Below, one piece after another: positions 41,515-52,510 of a stretch of 64,000 bases of DNA. Numbering within the stretch: position 1 is the stretch's first letter; each line of letters starts with the position of its first letter. Source of the DNA: an uncultured Desulfobacter sp. GTDB lineage: Bacteria; Desulfobacterota; Desulfobacteria; Desulfobacterales; Desulfobacteraceae. Location: the NCBI GenBank assembly GCA_963665095.1, contig OY762069.1, positions 1,920,001 to 1,984,000 on the forward strand, written 5' to 3'. Position numbers and translations under genes: made by a program. The notes under the pieces are model-generated. The model worked only from the letters and a program-made list of their open reading frames with translations. It did no database searches and was not told the origin of the DNA.

Positions 41515-43450
41515 CAAAAAAAACGGATTTTTTAGCCAGCGTCAAAATTTCAGGAAAAAAGGAACTGTGTTAACCTCTGAGGTGCTTGAGCAAGCCCAGG
41601 GTCTCTTGAATGAGGGGCAGCCAAGAACCGAAATTGCACAAAAACTTGATGTAAAGCCGGACACCCTGCGCAAGGCCATTAATGACGGCCGCCTTCAAGA
41701 ATTGAAAAAGCCTGCAAAAATAACTGTTAAATCATCTCGAACAGAAATTGATGCTGCAGAGTCTGATCGGCTGGGAACAGCCTGTACCCGTATAGAAGAA
41801 AGGACCCTTGCAGCCTTTGGCGCCATTCAGGGGGTACCTGTTAATTTTGAGCCCTGCATGGATGTTCCCAAAGGAGGCGTTTTAACCTCTCTGCCAGCCC
41901 TGCTTGCTAATGGACTTATGGAAGGGGTTCATAGTTTTGCAATAAAAATAACGGGGTATTATACGGCTTTCCATGTGCTGCTGCTATTGGCTTTGATGGC
42001 TTTATGCCGAATAAAAACTGTTGAAAGAATCCGAGGAGAATCAGCAGGCGAGTTTGGAAAAATTATGGGGCTTGACCGCATCCCTGAAGTAAGATGCTTT
42101 CTGCAGGCACCCTTTATATTGATGGACACGTTCGGTTATATCATGGTGAGCTGACCAAACTGCCCCGCAGGTATGTATCCCGAGAAAGATTATGTTTAAG
42201 GGGAACAACTGACTATTGGGTTAATGATGCAGTAGGGCGACCATTTTTTGTTGTAGAGAAGACCGTCGATCCCGGCCTTTTACAAATATTACGCTCTGAT
42301 ATTGTCCCAAGACTGTTGAATGACATCCCAAACCAACCAACTGAATCTGAGTTACAATTAAACCCATATTTAAGCCGGTTTATTTTGGTGTTTGATCGTG
42401 AAGGGTACAGTCCTGCATTTTTTCAGGAAATGTGGAAGAATCACAGGATCAGTTGCATGACCTACCATAAACACCCAGGCAACGATTGGCCTGAAGAATG
42501 GTTTGAGCAAGTTGACGTTTCGATGCCCAATGGCGAGACCGTTACAATGAAGCTGGCTGAAATGGGTAGCCTGGTGGGAACGGGTAAAGACGCTACCTGG
42601 ATGCGGGAAATCCGGAAGCTGACGAAATCCGGTCATCAAACCAGTTTGATCAGTACAGAATATCAGCTTGACCACACCCGGTTAGGGGCCAGGATGTTCA
42701 GTCGATGGTGTCAGGAAAATTTTTTTAGATATATGATGGAACACTTTGCTATTGACCTTCTTCAGGAGTATGGGACCCAGGATCTTCCTGCTACCGAAAA
42801 GGTAATTAATCCGGTGTGGAGAGAGTTTAACCGGTCTCGTGCATCAATCCAGAGCAAATTGACATATAGAAGAGCTCGTTTGGGTGAAATGACCATGCAT
42901 CCGACATCAAAAGACAATGTAAACAATATGAAAAATGGCTTGAAAAAAAAGCAGAGCTATTTGAACAGATAGAGCAATACGAAAAACAGCTGGAGGAAAT
43001 AAAAGCCGAGCTGAAGAATACAAAAAAACACATTGCATGGGAGAGATTGGACGAAAAAGATCAATTCTTTCAACTTCTCCCGGGCCGAAGACGCCTTATG
43101 GATACAAGAAAAATGATCGCATACAGGGCAGAGACGTCAATGGGAACTTTGCTCAAAGATAAGACAACTGATATGGCAGCAGCCAGGAGGTTTCTACAGG
43201 ATCTCTATGTTACTGAAGCAGATATCTTGCCTAAACCGGAAAAAAGCCGACTGCTTGTACGAATCCATAATGCACCCAGGCCAGCAGCAAATAAAAAAAT
43301 ACAAAAACTGCTTGAGCATCTAAATGATACCGAAATAAATTTTCCCGGCACACAATTCAGGCTGCATTATGAACTGGCCAGCAAAGAACTTTGGGACGAG
43401 AACTCACGCCTTGAAGTGTCATGATTTTTCCTCCAAGTAAGGAGTCCTGA
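41515..43450 (+). pseudogene. degenerate large DDE transposase (5'-truncated, internal deletion/frameshift at ~42098, frameshift at ~42922)
   Basis: three ORF pieces read as one protein: HTH, GLDRIPEVRC, LYIDGH, VFDREGYSP, RWCQENFFRY, MIAYRAET. Confidence 0.75.
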
Positions 43451-43451
43451 T

Positions 43452-43854
43452 TTTATAGAAAAAATTCTGCGTCACCTGGGCTTATGGGATATTCACAACC
43501 ATGATCCACCGCAGGCGGTTATTTCTGAGCCCATTCCTGAGTTGGTTTATGACTTTTCAGACTCTCAAATTCCGGCGGTTGAGTATTGGAATTGATTTTC
43601 ACTGTACGCGGGGTTTCTGGTGAGGTGCGCTTAAAATCAGCTTAAATTTTGGAATTTTCATATTTGCTTTGGAGATTTCTGATACAGGCTGTTCTTTTCC
43701 CTCTGTCCTGCTACATCCCTTTTTTCGGCGAATGCCCCCGCCGGGCCACAGGCACAACATGTTGTGGCTGTGCCCGGTTGGGACCATATTCCAAACTTAA
43801 TCATCTTTGTCAAACGTTCGTCATACTTTGCTTCACAAAAAGCGTCTCCTATCC
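43452..43854 (+). mobile_element. 3' remnant of an IS91-like rolling-circle element
   Basis: frame reads IEKILRHLGLW..HDPP..stop, like IS91/ISCR transposase C-termini; ends in an oriIS-like TCCTATCC. Confidence 0.5.
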
Positions 43855-43974
43855 TATTTGATTTCAGCCTTGAAGGAATCGTTTTTATCAAGGGCCGATG
43901 AAAGCCCTACCTCAAAGCCCATACTTGTTCTTGTTCATGAGATGAGCGGTACGGTCTCACTATACAACATCAGC

Positions 43975-44100
43975 AATTGACCCAATAAGCATTAAAATTT
44001 TTGGGCTCCTTGAAAAATGATATCAAGGAGCCCAAATGACTTGTTTTTCAATTTCCCAAACGACAGAACCCTGAATTTTAAGGTTCTCCTGTCCACTGAA
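43975..44100 (+). mobile_element. degenerate 5' fragment of an IS4 related to the intact copy at 47156
   Basis: AAAATTTTTGGGCTCCTTGAAAAATGATATCAAGGAGCCCAAATGAC aligns with 47241-47287. Confidence 0.65.
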
Positions 44101-44133
44101 AAACAATCCTCCTACCGGGTCTATGCACGGGCT

Positions 44134-45384
44134 TTAATCTGCCTCATTAAATTCAACAAATTTTTCACAGAATTCATCCCATGAGGTATTAAGGGCAAAG
44201 GGGACATTCTGCTTGTAATAGTCAAAATCAATATCCAGCTCTTCCTGGCTTTTGGGCCAGTAAATGCTTAAACCGTGGGCATTGTCATACTCCGGAGAAG
44301 CAGTGTTATGCCATTCATAGAGAACAACTGTGTCCATGGCATCCATCACGGCCTGGCATTTATCCTGGATATCTGCGTCGCCAACGTTTTGCTGGATGTT
44401 GTATACAGCATCATACAGGTCAATATTGGTTTCCCAAACATCGGTATCATACCCGTAACTGAAGTGCTGGGTGGCATACCGTGCTGTGACAAGTGATGGG
44501 TAATAGGTATCTATCCCGTCAACCAGAGCCTTTGCCAATTCGTCCACGGCACTGACCAACGTTTCCATATCTGACCCCATAGAAACTGCAGAGGCGGTCA
44601 ACTCGGAATCATGAACACCTATACTTTCGGCAATTTTAACGCCTGTATCCTGGGCCGACATATCCGGATCATCCTGCAACGCCGATATCACCTCGGCATA
44701 ATCAACTCCATCCCAGTCAATCCACTCCTGGGATGCGGCCATAATATCCACATTATTTTTAAAAGCATCAGCCGCCTCAATCCACTGGGACTCACAGGCA
44801 TCAAAAGCCACCACATCAACATGACCAATGGAGTCAAACGCATCCGCCATTTCATCCAAATCCATGGTATCTTCGTCATTGGTTTCATCATACATATTGT
44901 ACCATGGCCGCCAGCCTGCGCCATGCCCCCAAAAGAAAACGGCATAATGATCTGCCGGATAATTTTCTTTGGTCCATTCCACGAACTTGACCAAAGTCTC
45001 TGGATCCGCCATATTCATTTCACCCCAGTTTTCAACGGCATTGTCCTTTGTAGCCGTCATATTCTTGGTGACGTGAAACAGCAGCGTGTCTGTCCAGTCT
45101 GTGTTCTCATCGGTTTCAGTCTCGTCATCGGCATAGCTCATCCGGTCAGCCAGGGCGATGACCTGCACCTCTTCATTGGACCCCAGTACGGCAAGTTCTT
45201 CTTCAAGGTCCTTGACAACATACTCTTCAAGATCGTTGTCACCGCTCATGTAGACCATCAGCGTCCATTTGGCCTGGGTATCTTCGGTGTTATCTGATGA
45301 ATCGCCACAGCCTGACAGTGCAAATAATGTGATAAATACTGCGGTAATCCGTATGCATAATCGCAAGCCTGACTTGAAATACAT
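44134..45384 (-). CDS. clostripain-family (C11) cysteine peptidase, lipoprotein
   Basis: lipobox LSGC; WTLMVYMSGDNDLE, ENYPADHY..WGHGAGW (His), FDAC (Cys), GLSIYWP. Confidence 0.88.
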   Translation of the reverse strand: MYFKSGLRLCIRITAVFITLFALSGCGDSSDNTEDTQAKWTLMVYMSGDNDLEEYVVKDLEEELAVLGSNEEVQVIALADRMSYADDETETDENTDWTDTLLFHVTKNMTATKDNAVENWGEMNMADPETLVKFVEWTKENYPADHYAVFFWGHGAGWRPWYNMYDETNDEDTMDLDEMADAFDSIGHVDVVAFDACESQWIEAADAFKNNVDIMAASQEWIDWDGVDYAEVISALQDDPDMSAQDTGVKIAESIGVHDSELTASAVSMGSDMETLVSAVDELAKALVDGIDTYYPSLVTARYATQHFSYGYDTDVWETNIDLYDAVYNIQQNVGDADIQDKCQAVMDAMDTVVLYEWHNTASPEYDNAHGLSIYWPKSQEELDIDFDYYKQNVPFALNTSWDEFCEKFVEFNEAD

Positions 45385-45641
45385 GCTTTCCCTCCCTGTT
45401 TTAATGTTCAACAATTTCTATTTACCAACTGAATGCAAATAAAAAAGTAATGGCACATCTTCAGGTATCGAACCACCTGATATTCTTTGTACCAAACAGG
45501 TATTTCTTGTACCCAGCAGATGATTTCAGGCGTTGCTGACAAAAAGAAAAAAAAACGGCAACAACAATGACGGTCATACAACCTAAGGGCAGCTTTTTTG
45601 TTTTCTTATTCCCCGACAAAAAGACAGACAAGGAGGTATTA

Positions 45642-46071
45642 ATGGAAAACAGTCAGACCGATCCATACGCGGCCCTGGATCAGCCCCGGTGCTGCAGTTT
45701 CTGTTTCACCCACGACAGGATTACCCAAAGGAAACAGCATCAGACAGGGACCACCTTATTCCGGTTGACCAGGATATTGATGTGGGGGCGGCCTTTCACC
45801 TTGCAGCCCCCTCATTTCCCAAAACCCTTTTTTTTCACGGCAACGGCGAGATCGTATCTGACTACGATGACCTGGGCCCCATTTTCAATGGCCTTGGATT
45901 CAATTTTATTGTGGCCGACTTCCGGGGATACGGCAGGTCATCCGGCACGCCGACGGTCTCCTCTATGCTGATGGACTGCCATACTATTCTTGACTATGTG
46001 GTCAACGAACTTGAAAAACGTCAATTTACAGGTCCTCTTTCAGTCATGGGCCGCTCACTTGGCAGTGCTGC
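45642..46071 (+). pseudogene. frameshifted, 3'-truncated alpha/beta hydrolase
   Basis: AGGAGG RBS and ATG; frameshift at ~45690; FFHGNGE, DFRGYGRS, breaks after GRSLGSA. Confidence 0.8.
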
Positions 46072-46466
46072 CCGATACCATTGACAACTGTCCGAATATT
46101 CCCAACACAAATCAGTGGGACATGGACGGGGATGCCAGAGGCGATCTTTGTGGCAACTGCCCTGGAACTGCGAATCCGGATCAGACAGACCTGGATCTTG
46201 ACGGACTTGGGGACGCATGCGATAGCTGTCCCCAGTCAGAGCCGGGGCAGATCATTGACGAATCCGGATGTACACCCGTCTCTGAGCCAGGTGACCTGGA
46301 CAAAAACGGAGATGTGGACAGCAATGATCTAAGAGTGTTTGCAGCTACTTTCGGCGATAGGGAAGGTAACGGTGATTTTTTTATCCACCAGCGGATGATG
46401 AACCGGACGGTGATATTGACGGCAGAGATTTATATCATGCGGCAGGTAATTTTTAACGCCTCATAA
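46072..46466 (+). pseudogene. 5'-truncated fragment with thrombospondin type-3 Ca-binding repeats and a dockerin-like motif
   Basis: DNCP..PN.NQ.D.DGD..GD.C repeats; GDLDKNGDVDSNDL..FA..FG. Confidence 0.7.
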
Positions 46467-46701
46467 AAGATGGTTCAGGAGGGTAAAGCCCCTCCTCATG
46501 AAATATCAGGCAGAAAAACAGGGGGCTTGTTTTTGAAATTAATCAGGGTGCTTACACCTATACTCTTGGGGTTCCGAAAAACGTCGATGATGAATGTAAA
46601 GGCTCATCACCCAAAGGTTTTCTTTTAAGCGTAAAAGAAAACCGGCTTTTGCTTAATTTGCATAATGCTTCTGTCAAAATTTGCGTTGAATTGCAGGGAA
46701 G

Positions 46702-47080
46702 TTAAATAGGCGTTTTCTGGAGGTCTCGGACATATACGGATACCGGTTTATTCCATCCTTTGACCATGATTGGGGCATCACAAGGCAGGATGGATAATAC
46801 TCCGGGGTCCTGTTTCAGGTTGGAAATGGTCTGCTGGGAAATGATCATGGCCACATCCAGGTCCCGGGTTTTTGCCTGGAGGCGTGAGGCCAGGTTCACC
46901 GTGTCCCCCACCAGAAGGTATGAGAGCCGGTTGGGGCTGCCGATATTGGCGGCCAGGACCTGGCCTGTGTGGATGCCGATGCCGTGGGAGAGGCTGGGAA
47001 GCTGTTTTTCTTTGAACCTTTTGTTGAGTTCAGCAAGGCGAGATTCCATATCCAGGGCGGCACTCACCGCATTGGACGCA
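46702..47080 (-). pseudogene. adenylate/guanylate cyclase C-terminal fragment interrupted by a transposon; continues at 51498-51537
   Basis: GIGIHTG, Y.LVGDTVNLASRL, VKG; across the element the frame reads AVFGAPVSDPRDA-SNAVSAALDM. Confidence 0.85.
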
Positions 47081-47155
47081 TGTAGATTCCCGAAATAATC
47101 TGAACAAAAACCCGCCAAATTTTTCATATTAAATTGACAAAGTTCCATTTTTCTC

Positions 47156-48465
47156 CAGTAGTGTCCGGTTAGGTTGTTGCATATAAAAAATATCTAAAAT
47201 TATTCAAAAAACGTCATTTTTATGTTGACAAATGTGCGTAAAAATTTTTGCGCGCCTTGAAAAATTTTATCAAGGAGCCCAAATGACGCGCATTTCAATT
47301 ACCAAAGCCATAATATCGTCCCTGAATTTTGACAAGTTCCGTAACCCTCTGATAAGGTCGCTTCCACAAGCACCAGAATTGCAATCTCGAGGAGACCGAC
47401 CTTTAAAAATGACATTCGAAGACCAGATAAATGCCCTGATTTATTTTCATCTGCAGGAACACAAATCAGCCCGGCATTTAGTCCAAGATCTCAAGGAAAA
47501 TATTTTTGCCAAAGAACATATTGCTCCGGAAGGCGGTATCAGCCGCAGCAGCTTTTGTGAAGCAGTCAACCACCGAGGGCTTGAACAACTGCAATTTGTC
47601 TTCGAAGATCTTTATAAACAGGCTGTTGGGTGCCTGCCAAAGGAGCATGCCGAGTTGGGCGATCTGGTTTCCATTGACGGCAGCCTTATAAATGCCGTCC
47701 TTTCAATGCATTGGGCAAACTACAGGAAAGGAAGTAAAAAAGCCAAAGCGCATTGCGGATTTGACATAAATCACGGCATTCCAAACAAAATATTCCTGAC
47801 AGAAGGCAACGGCGGGGAGCGCCCTTTTGTCCCAAAGATACTTACCGAGGGGCAAACAGGTGTTATGGACCGTGGCTATCAATCACATCACGATTTTGAC
47901 TTGCTACAGGCACAAGGCAAGCATTTTGTTTGCCGTATAAAAGCCAAAACAACCAGAACGGTAATTGAGACTCACGAGGTCAACTATGGCAGCTACATTT
48001 TCTATGATGCTCTGGTCTTCCTTGGCACTCCGAACCTGAACCAGACAAAAACTCCCGTCCGGGTTGTTGGCTATAAAATTGCCGGCGTGAAATACTATGT
48101 AGCAACTGACAGGCATGATTTAACGGCAGAGCAAATAGCAACCATATATAAGCTCCGGTGGACCATTGAAGATTTTTTCAAATGGTGGAAAGGACACCTG
48201 AAAGTTTACCACCTCATTGCCCGCAGCGAATATGGCCTTATGGTGCAAATCCTTAGCGGCCTCATCACGTATCTGTTGCTTGCAATCTACTGTCGAAACG
48301 AGTTTAATGAAAAGGTTACTATTAAAAGGGTTCGGCAGTTACGAACAGCCATCTTGAATGATCTGATTGAGAGCAACAATGATGCTTTTCACGGTTCAAA
48401 CAGAGACAATATTGTCAAAGATCAAAAAATTACTGAGCAAGCAAAAACCTAACCGGACACTACTG
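47156..48465 (+). mobile_element. intact IS4-family insertion sequence (1310 bp)
   Basis: 20-bp perfect IR CAGTAGTGTCCGGTTAGGTT; 9-bp TSD ATTTTTCTC (47147-47155 / 48466-48474). Confidence 0.95.
47283..48452 (+). CDS. IS4-family transposase
   Basis: SIDGS, VMDRGY, YKLRWTIEDFFKWWK (YREK-type motif). Confidence 0.93.
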   Translation: MTRISITKAIISSLNFDKFRNPLIRSLPQAPELQSRGDRPLKMTFEDQINALIYFHLQEHKSARHLVQDLKENIFAKEHIAPEGGISRSSFCEAVNHRGLEQLQFVFEDLYKQAVGCLPKEHAELGDLVSIDGSLINAVLSMHWANYRKGSKKAKAHCGFDINHGIPNKIFLTEGNGGERPFVPKILTEGQTGVMDRGYQSHHDFDLLQAQGKHFVCRIKAKTTRTVIETHEVNYGSYIFYDALVFLGTPNLNQTKTPVRVVGYKIAGVKYYVATDRHDLTAEQIATIYKLRWTIEDFFKWWKGHLKVYHLIARSEYGLMVQILSGLITYLLLAIYCRNEFNEKVTIKRVRQLRTAILNDLIESNNDAFHGSNRDNIVKDQKITEQAKT

Positions 48466-48591
48466 ATTTTTCTCAAATTATCCTGTACAGGTTCTGATCA
48501 AAGCATTCTGACAAAAATGAAAAGGGCGAAAAGCTTTGCAGAGCCTCGCCCTTAAGACCGGGATTTATAAAATCCCAAAACAACCATAAAA

Positions 48592-49038
48592 ATGATAATA
48601 AAGGTCAAAGCTGATATCAAGCAAATTTTCAAGCAGGGCAAAAATTTTACATGGCCAAAACCGTCACGATGTCCACATTGCAACGACTCCAGGCTGTGGG
48701 GACACGGCTTTGTACTCTCCTTTTTTGATGGATTTGATCAAGGGGTGTATTTGAAGCGATATCGCTGCCCCTATTGCAAAACCGTATTCAAATTGAAGCC
48801 ATATGGTTTTTTCAAGAGGTTCCAGGCCAGTATCTGGCAAATCCTTACCAGCATTATGAGTCGTCTATACACAGACCGGTATCTGCCGGAACTCTCCTGG
48901 AGTCGACAGCATTTTTGGTTTACTGCATTGAAACGAAATATAGCGGCCTACCTGTCCAACAGTTGGGACAAAGGTGTGGTTGCTGGTTTTATCAAGCTAA
49001 TCGGTATGGGTAAAATCCCGGTTACCAGTTCAATTTAA
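48592..49038 (+). CDS. Zn-ribbon accessory protein of E1 (DUF6431-like)
   Basis: CPHC..LWGHG..RYRCPYC..LKP.F. Confidence 0.7.
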   Translation: MIIKVKADIKQIFKQGKNFTWPKPSRCPHCNDSRLWGHGFVLSFFDGFDQGVYLKRYRCPYCKTVFKLKPYGFFKRFQASIWQILTSIMSRLYTDRYLPELSWSRQHFWFTALKRNIAAYLSNSWDKGVVAGFIKLIGMGKIPVTSSI

Positions 49039-49141
49039 CCATGGGGCTGGATCAGGTTTAAACCACCCTACCGAAGGCTGTGATTTACCGAAGGATCATA
49101 CTGTCATACAAGCCCTTAGAACCAAATTTTAAGGAGGAAGT

Positions 49142-50398
49142 ATGACAGAAAATCAGAAAAAAGAGGTTGCCGTGTTCAGGTTTGGGGTCATTTGTGAATT
49201 TGTGACCGGAATAAATTTTGATTACGGTGAAAAAGAACGAATTTTACAGCAGAAGTGCGCCCGCAAATGGTCCATCCCGTATTCTGGAAGGACCAGGCTT
49301 TCCAGAAGTACGATTCTGGGATGGGTCCGGCAGTATAACGGTCGAATAGAGTCTCTTTACCCCAAAGACCGTTCAGACCAGGGAAAATCAAGGGTATTCG
49401 ATGACGAGACTGCATCTCAACTAATCAAACTCCGGTTAGACCAGCCTGATGCGACAGTCGATACATTGATCTGTTCACTTCAAAAAACTACATGCCAGAC
49501 ATACAGTCCATCCAGTGTATACCGTTTTTTACGCGGCCGGGGGCTAATGAACACGGCCCGGCCAGAGGATAGAAGAAAGTTTGAAGCCCCGCACCCCAAT
49601 GATATGTGGCAAAGCGACGTCATGCACGGCCCTACAGTCCTGGTTCAGGATAAGCAAAGAAAAACGTACCTGATTGCCATTATGGACGATCATTCCAGGC
49701 TGGTTACGGCTGCAGGTTTTTATTTATCTGAGAATCTGAAGACCTATCTTATGGTGCTGGAGCAGGCTTTTTTGAGCCGTGGGCTTCCCCGCAAGCTGTA
49801 TGTAGATAACGGTCCTGCGTTCAGATCCCATCATTTAAAATATGTAGCAGCGTCTCTGTCCATCGCTTTAATCCATGCAAGGCCATATAAGCCCCAGGGG
49901 AAAGGTAAAATCGAGCGCTGGTTCAGAACGGTTCGGCTTCAGTTTCTGCAAAGATTTACAGGTAAGACCCTGGATGATCTGAATGGGGCATTTGAGAAGT
50001 GGCTTCATAATGAGTACCATCAGCGTAAACACAGCTCCACAGGCGAATCACCGTTTAAAAGATTTACCTCGGCCATGGAGTGCATCCGTACCGCCCCACC
50101 GGATCTGAAAGACCACTTCCGCAAAACCGCCCGGCGCAAGGTGGCAAAGGACCGAACCATCACCCTTGACGGCAACATGTTTGAGGCCCCGGTTGCGCTG
50201 ATCGGCAGACATGTGGATGTAAAGTACCATGAGGACACCCCTTTGCAGGCTGAAGTTATCTATAAAGCAAAGTCTTATGGCTTGTTAACCCCGGTGGACC
50301 TTGCTGTGAACTGTCGGGTCAAGCGGCACCGCTGGAACGAAAATGATATCCGGATTATGCCTGAACCCTCAAATTACAAGGGAGGGCAACTGTTATGA
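49142..50398 (+). CDS. DDE integrase/transposase (IS481/Mu-like, rve core)
   Basis: WQSD, DDHSR, LYVDNG, PQGKGKIERWF, Mu-like C-terminal domain. Confidence 0.92.
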   Translation: MTENQKKEVAVFRFGVICEFVTGINFDYGEKERILQQKCARKWSIPYSGRTRLSRSTILGWVRQYNGRIESLYPKDRSDQGKSRVFDDETASQLIKLRLDQPDATVDTLICSLQKTTCQTYSPSSVYRFLRGRGLMNTARPEDRRKFEAPHPNDMWQSDVMHGPTVLVQDKQRKTYLIAIMDDHSRLVTAAGFYLSENLKTYLMVLEQAFLSRGLPRKLYVDNGPAFRSHHLKYVAASLSIALIHARPYKPQGKGKIERWFRTVRLQFLQRFTGKTLDDLNGAFEKWLHNEYHQRKHSSTGESPFKRFTSAMECIRTAPPDLKDHFRKTARRKVAKDRTITLDGNMFEAPVALIGRHVDVKYHEDTPLQAEVIYKAKSYGLLTPVDLAVNCRVKRHRWNENDIRIMPEPSNYKGGQLL

Positions 50399-51204
50399 GT
50401 GAAATGTATCGTACCTTTTTTGGCTTATATAGGGAGGCCTTCCCGGCGCAGATAGAAATCAATGATATCCTGGTCACCCCGGAGGTCTCGGGCGTTAAAA
50501 ATCGGATTGATTATTCCTTAAGACTTGGCTGCAGTGCGGTTATCACAGGGGATGTGGGCAGCGGAAAGTCCACCGCCTTAAGGTATGCCGCCTCATCCCT
50601 ACACCCTTCGGAATACAAAGTCTTTTATGTTACGGCCTCAAGCGGTTCCATCATGGAACTTTACCGGCAGATTGTTGAAGAACTGGGCATAGAGCGGACA
50701 TCGACGTCCCGCGCTGTTATGATCTCCATTATTAAAAATGAAATACGTGAATTCGTCCTGGGAAAAAAGATCAAAACCGTTTTGATTATAGATGAGGCAT
50801 CTCTGCTTCGCATGGAAGTCTTTGCCGAACTTCACACCCTGGTTCAATTTGAAAAAGACGCCATGCCCTGGCTGCCTGTGATCCTTGCAGGTCAGCCGAC
50901 ATTGATAGATAAGCTTCAGTACCGGACGTCAATCCCGTTTGCATCCAGGATTGTGGCTAAAAGCCATCTGGATGGTCTGGATGTGGCTGGAATGAAAACT
51001 TACCTGATCCATCATTTAAAACTATGCGGCGTTGACACCAACTTTTTTTCTGACCAGGCGGTGACTGCGATTCATCAAGGCTCCGGCGGCCTTTTACGAA
51101 AGGCGAATAATCTTGCCAGAGGCTCATTGATTGCTGCTGCGGCAGAAAAATCAATGACGGTATCTGCAGAGCATGTCCGCATTGCTTCATCGGAGATTTT
51201 TTAA
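50395..51204 (+). CDS. ExeA-like AAA+ ATPase (transposition helper)
   Basis: GDVGSGKST Walker A, IIDEA Walker B, ILAGQ; ATGA overlap with the integrase. Confidence 0.9.
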   Translation: MSEMYRTFFGLYREAFPAQIEINDILVTPEVSGVKNRIDYSLRLGCSAVITGDVGSGKSTALRYAASSLHPSEYKVFYVTASSGSIMELYRQIVEELGIERTSTSRAVMISIIKNEIREFVLGKKIKTVLIIDEASLLRMEVFAELHTLVQFEKDAMPWLPVILAGQPTLIDKLQYRTSIPFASRIVAKSHLDGLDVAGMKTYLIHHLKLCGVDTNFFSDQAVTAIHQGSGGLLRKANNLARGSLIAAAAEKSMTVSAEHVRIASSEIF

Positions 51205-51235
51205 GAAAAAACAGCCATAGAGCAGAATATTACGA

Positions 51236-51414
51236 TTTCGGTGAAACGGAGCCGGGCTCTGCTGAGGAGCAACCTGGTAAGGGATAGCCGGAAGCAGGCA
51301 GCATTGAATAATGCGCCAGGGGAAGTGGGGATTACCTGCTTCCCCTTTCTGCTTTATTCAAGCTGTTCTGCCTATGCCTTAAAAACCTACTGAGAAGGAG
51401 CGCAGCGACTTCTG
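51236..51414 (+). ncRNA. candidate structured RNA in the E1 right-end region
   Basis: homologous to 55650-55835 with compensatory changes; two-hairpin fold. Confidence 0.55.
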
Positions 51415-51539
51415 TAGCTGTCTTAAATAATATGGAAAAGATTTAATCTGTTCAAAATAATTAGAAAATTTAAGTCAGGATAAAATGCGACTCAACAACG
51501 CATCCCTGGGGTCAGACACAGGTGCGCCAAATACCGCAT

Positions 51540-52032
51540 AAATTTCATCACCTAAGAATTATATTACCGCAAAAAAGCTTCATGAAATGCTTTCACAAAA
51601 AGGTCTGATTGGAGACCCGCCCATCCATTACAATACACTGCTGTGTATCGTTAAAGAAGAGCAGTTACTGGCTTTCGGGAACAAACGCCGGGATGTGCGG
51701 ACCAGCTTTGAAACCGATCATGTCAACTGCCTTTGGATCGGCGATTTCATGCATGGTCCCCTGGTGACTATAAACCGGAAAATGCACAAGGCCATATTAT
51801 GTGCGATTATAGATGACCACAGCCGGATGATTGTGGGACACGCCTTTGCCTCCACAGAGACAGTCCTTTCCCTGACCCTGGTATTGAAAGATGCCTTTCT
51901 GGCTTTTGGATTTCCGGAACGTCTTTATGTGGACAATGGAGCATCTTTCAGCTCTGATTTTCTGGCCAAAACCTGCGCCTTGTCCGGCATATCACTGATT
52001 CACTCCAAACCCTATGATTCACCTTCCCGAGG
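51540..52032 (+). pseudogene. internal fragment of a third DDE integrase of the same family
   Basis: LWIGDFMHGP, IDDHSR, LYVDNG, HSKPYDSPSRG, then a break. Confidence 0.8.
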
Positions 52033-52510
52033 TTATGGAAAGTTAGCTGTTATGTAAAGTTGAATAGAAAGAGCTGCTTGGGATATAGGCGACAGCATTG
52101 AGTTACTTTTCATAATAATCCGATCTAATTTTAGGTGATTAACCCAAAATAGATAGGAGATTATGAAATGGAAACAAAACAATTACCGGCGTCAGAGCTA
52201 TTCAAGCTCAGTAAACATCCTGGCCCTGAGGGCCAGGCTTTGGACTGCCCCTAAAAGGGGCTTAGTATGCCTTGCCTCCTGAGGAGGCAAGGACGGTTGT
52301 CCCCACCGTTTATTATTTATTGAACAAATCTCTTTGTTCGGCTCTTCTCTCTTTATTCTCTTGGTGCTTTACTGAGAATGATCACAAAAAATCATGGAAA
52401 AATTAAAGATAATTTGCAAGATATGCCAGGGATGAGGCAGAAGCTCCCCCGTTTATCTCGCAAATAATCAATGGAACTTCTGCCCCTATTACCCTAACAG
52501 GGCAGGAGAT

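Larger units (their letters stand above)
47081..51497 (+). mobile_element. three-gene transposon E1 (Zn-ribbon protein, DDE integrase, ExeA-like ATPase) carrying a nested IS4
   Basis: TGT...ACA ends with imperfect IRs; 5-bp target duplication ACGCA (47076-47080 / 51498-51502); removal restores the cyclase frame. Confidence 0.88.

Noticed and set aside
41142..41515. Possible gene remnant between the GT2 gene and the transposase
   Set aside because: The frames examined are interrupted by stops and no family could be recognised.
51241..51290. Hammerhead ribozyme or c-di-GMP riboswitch identity for the conserved segment
   Set aside because: CTGAGGA occurs only in E1, and the required core order and stems are absent in E2; GEMM consensus elements are not matched.
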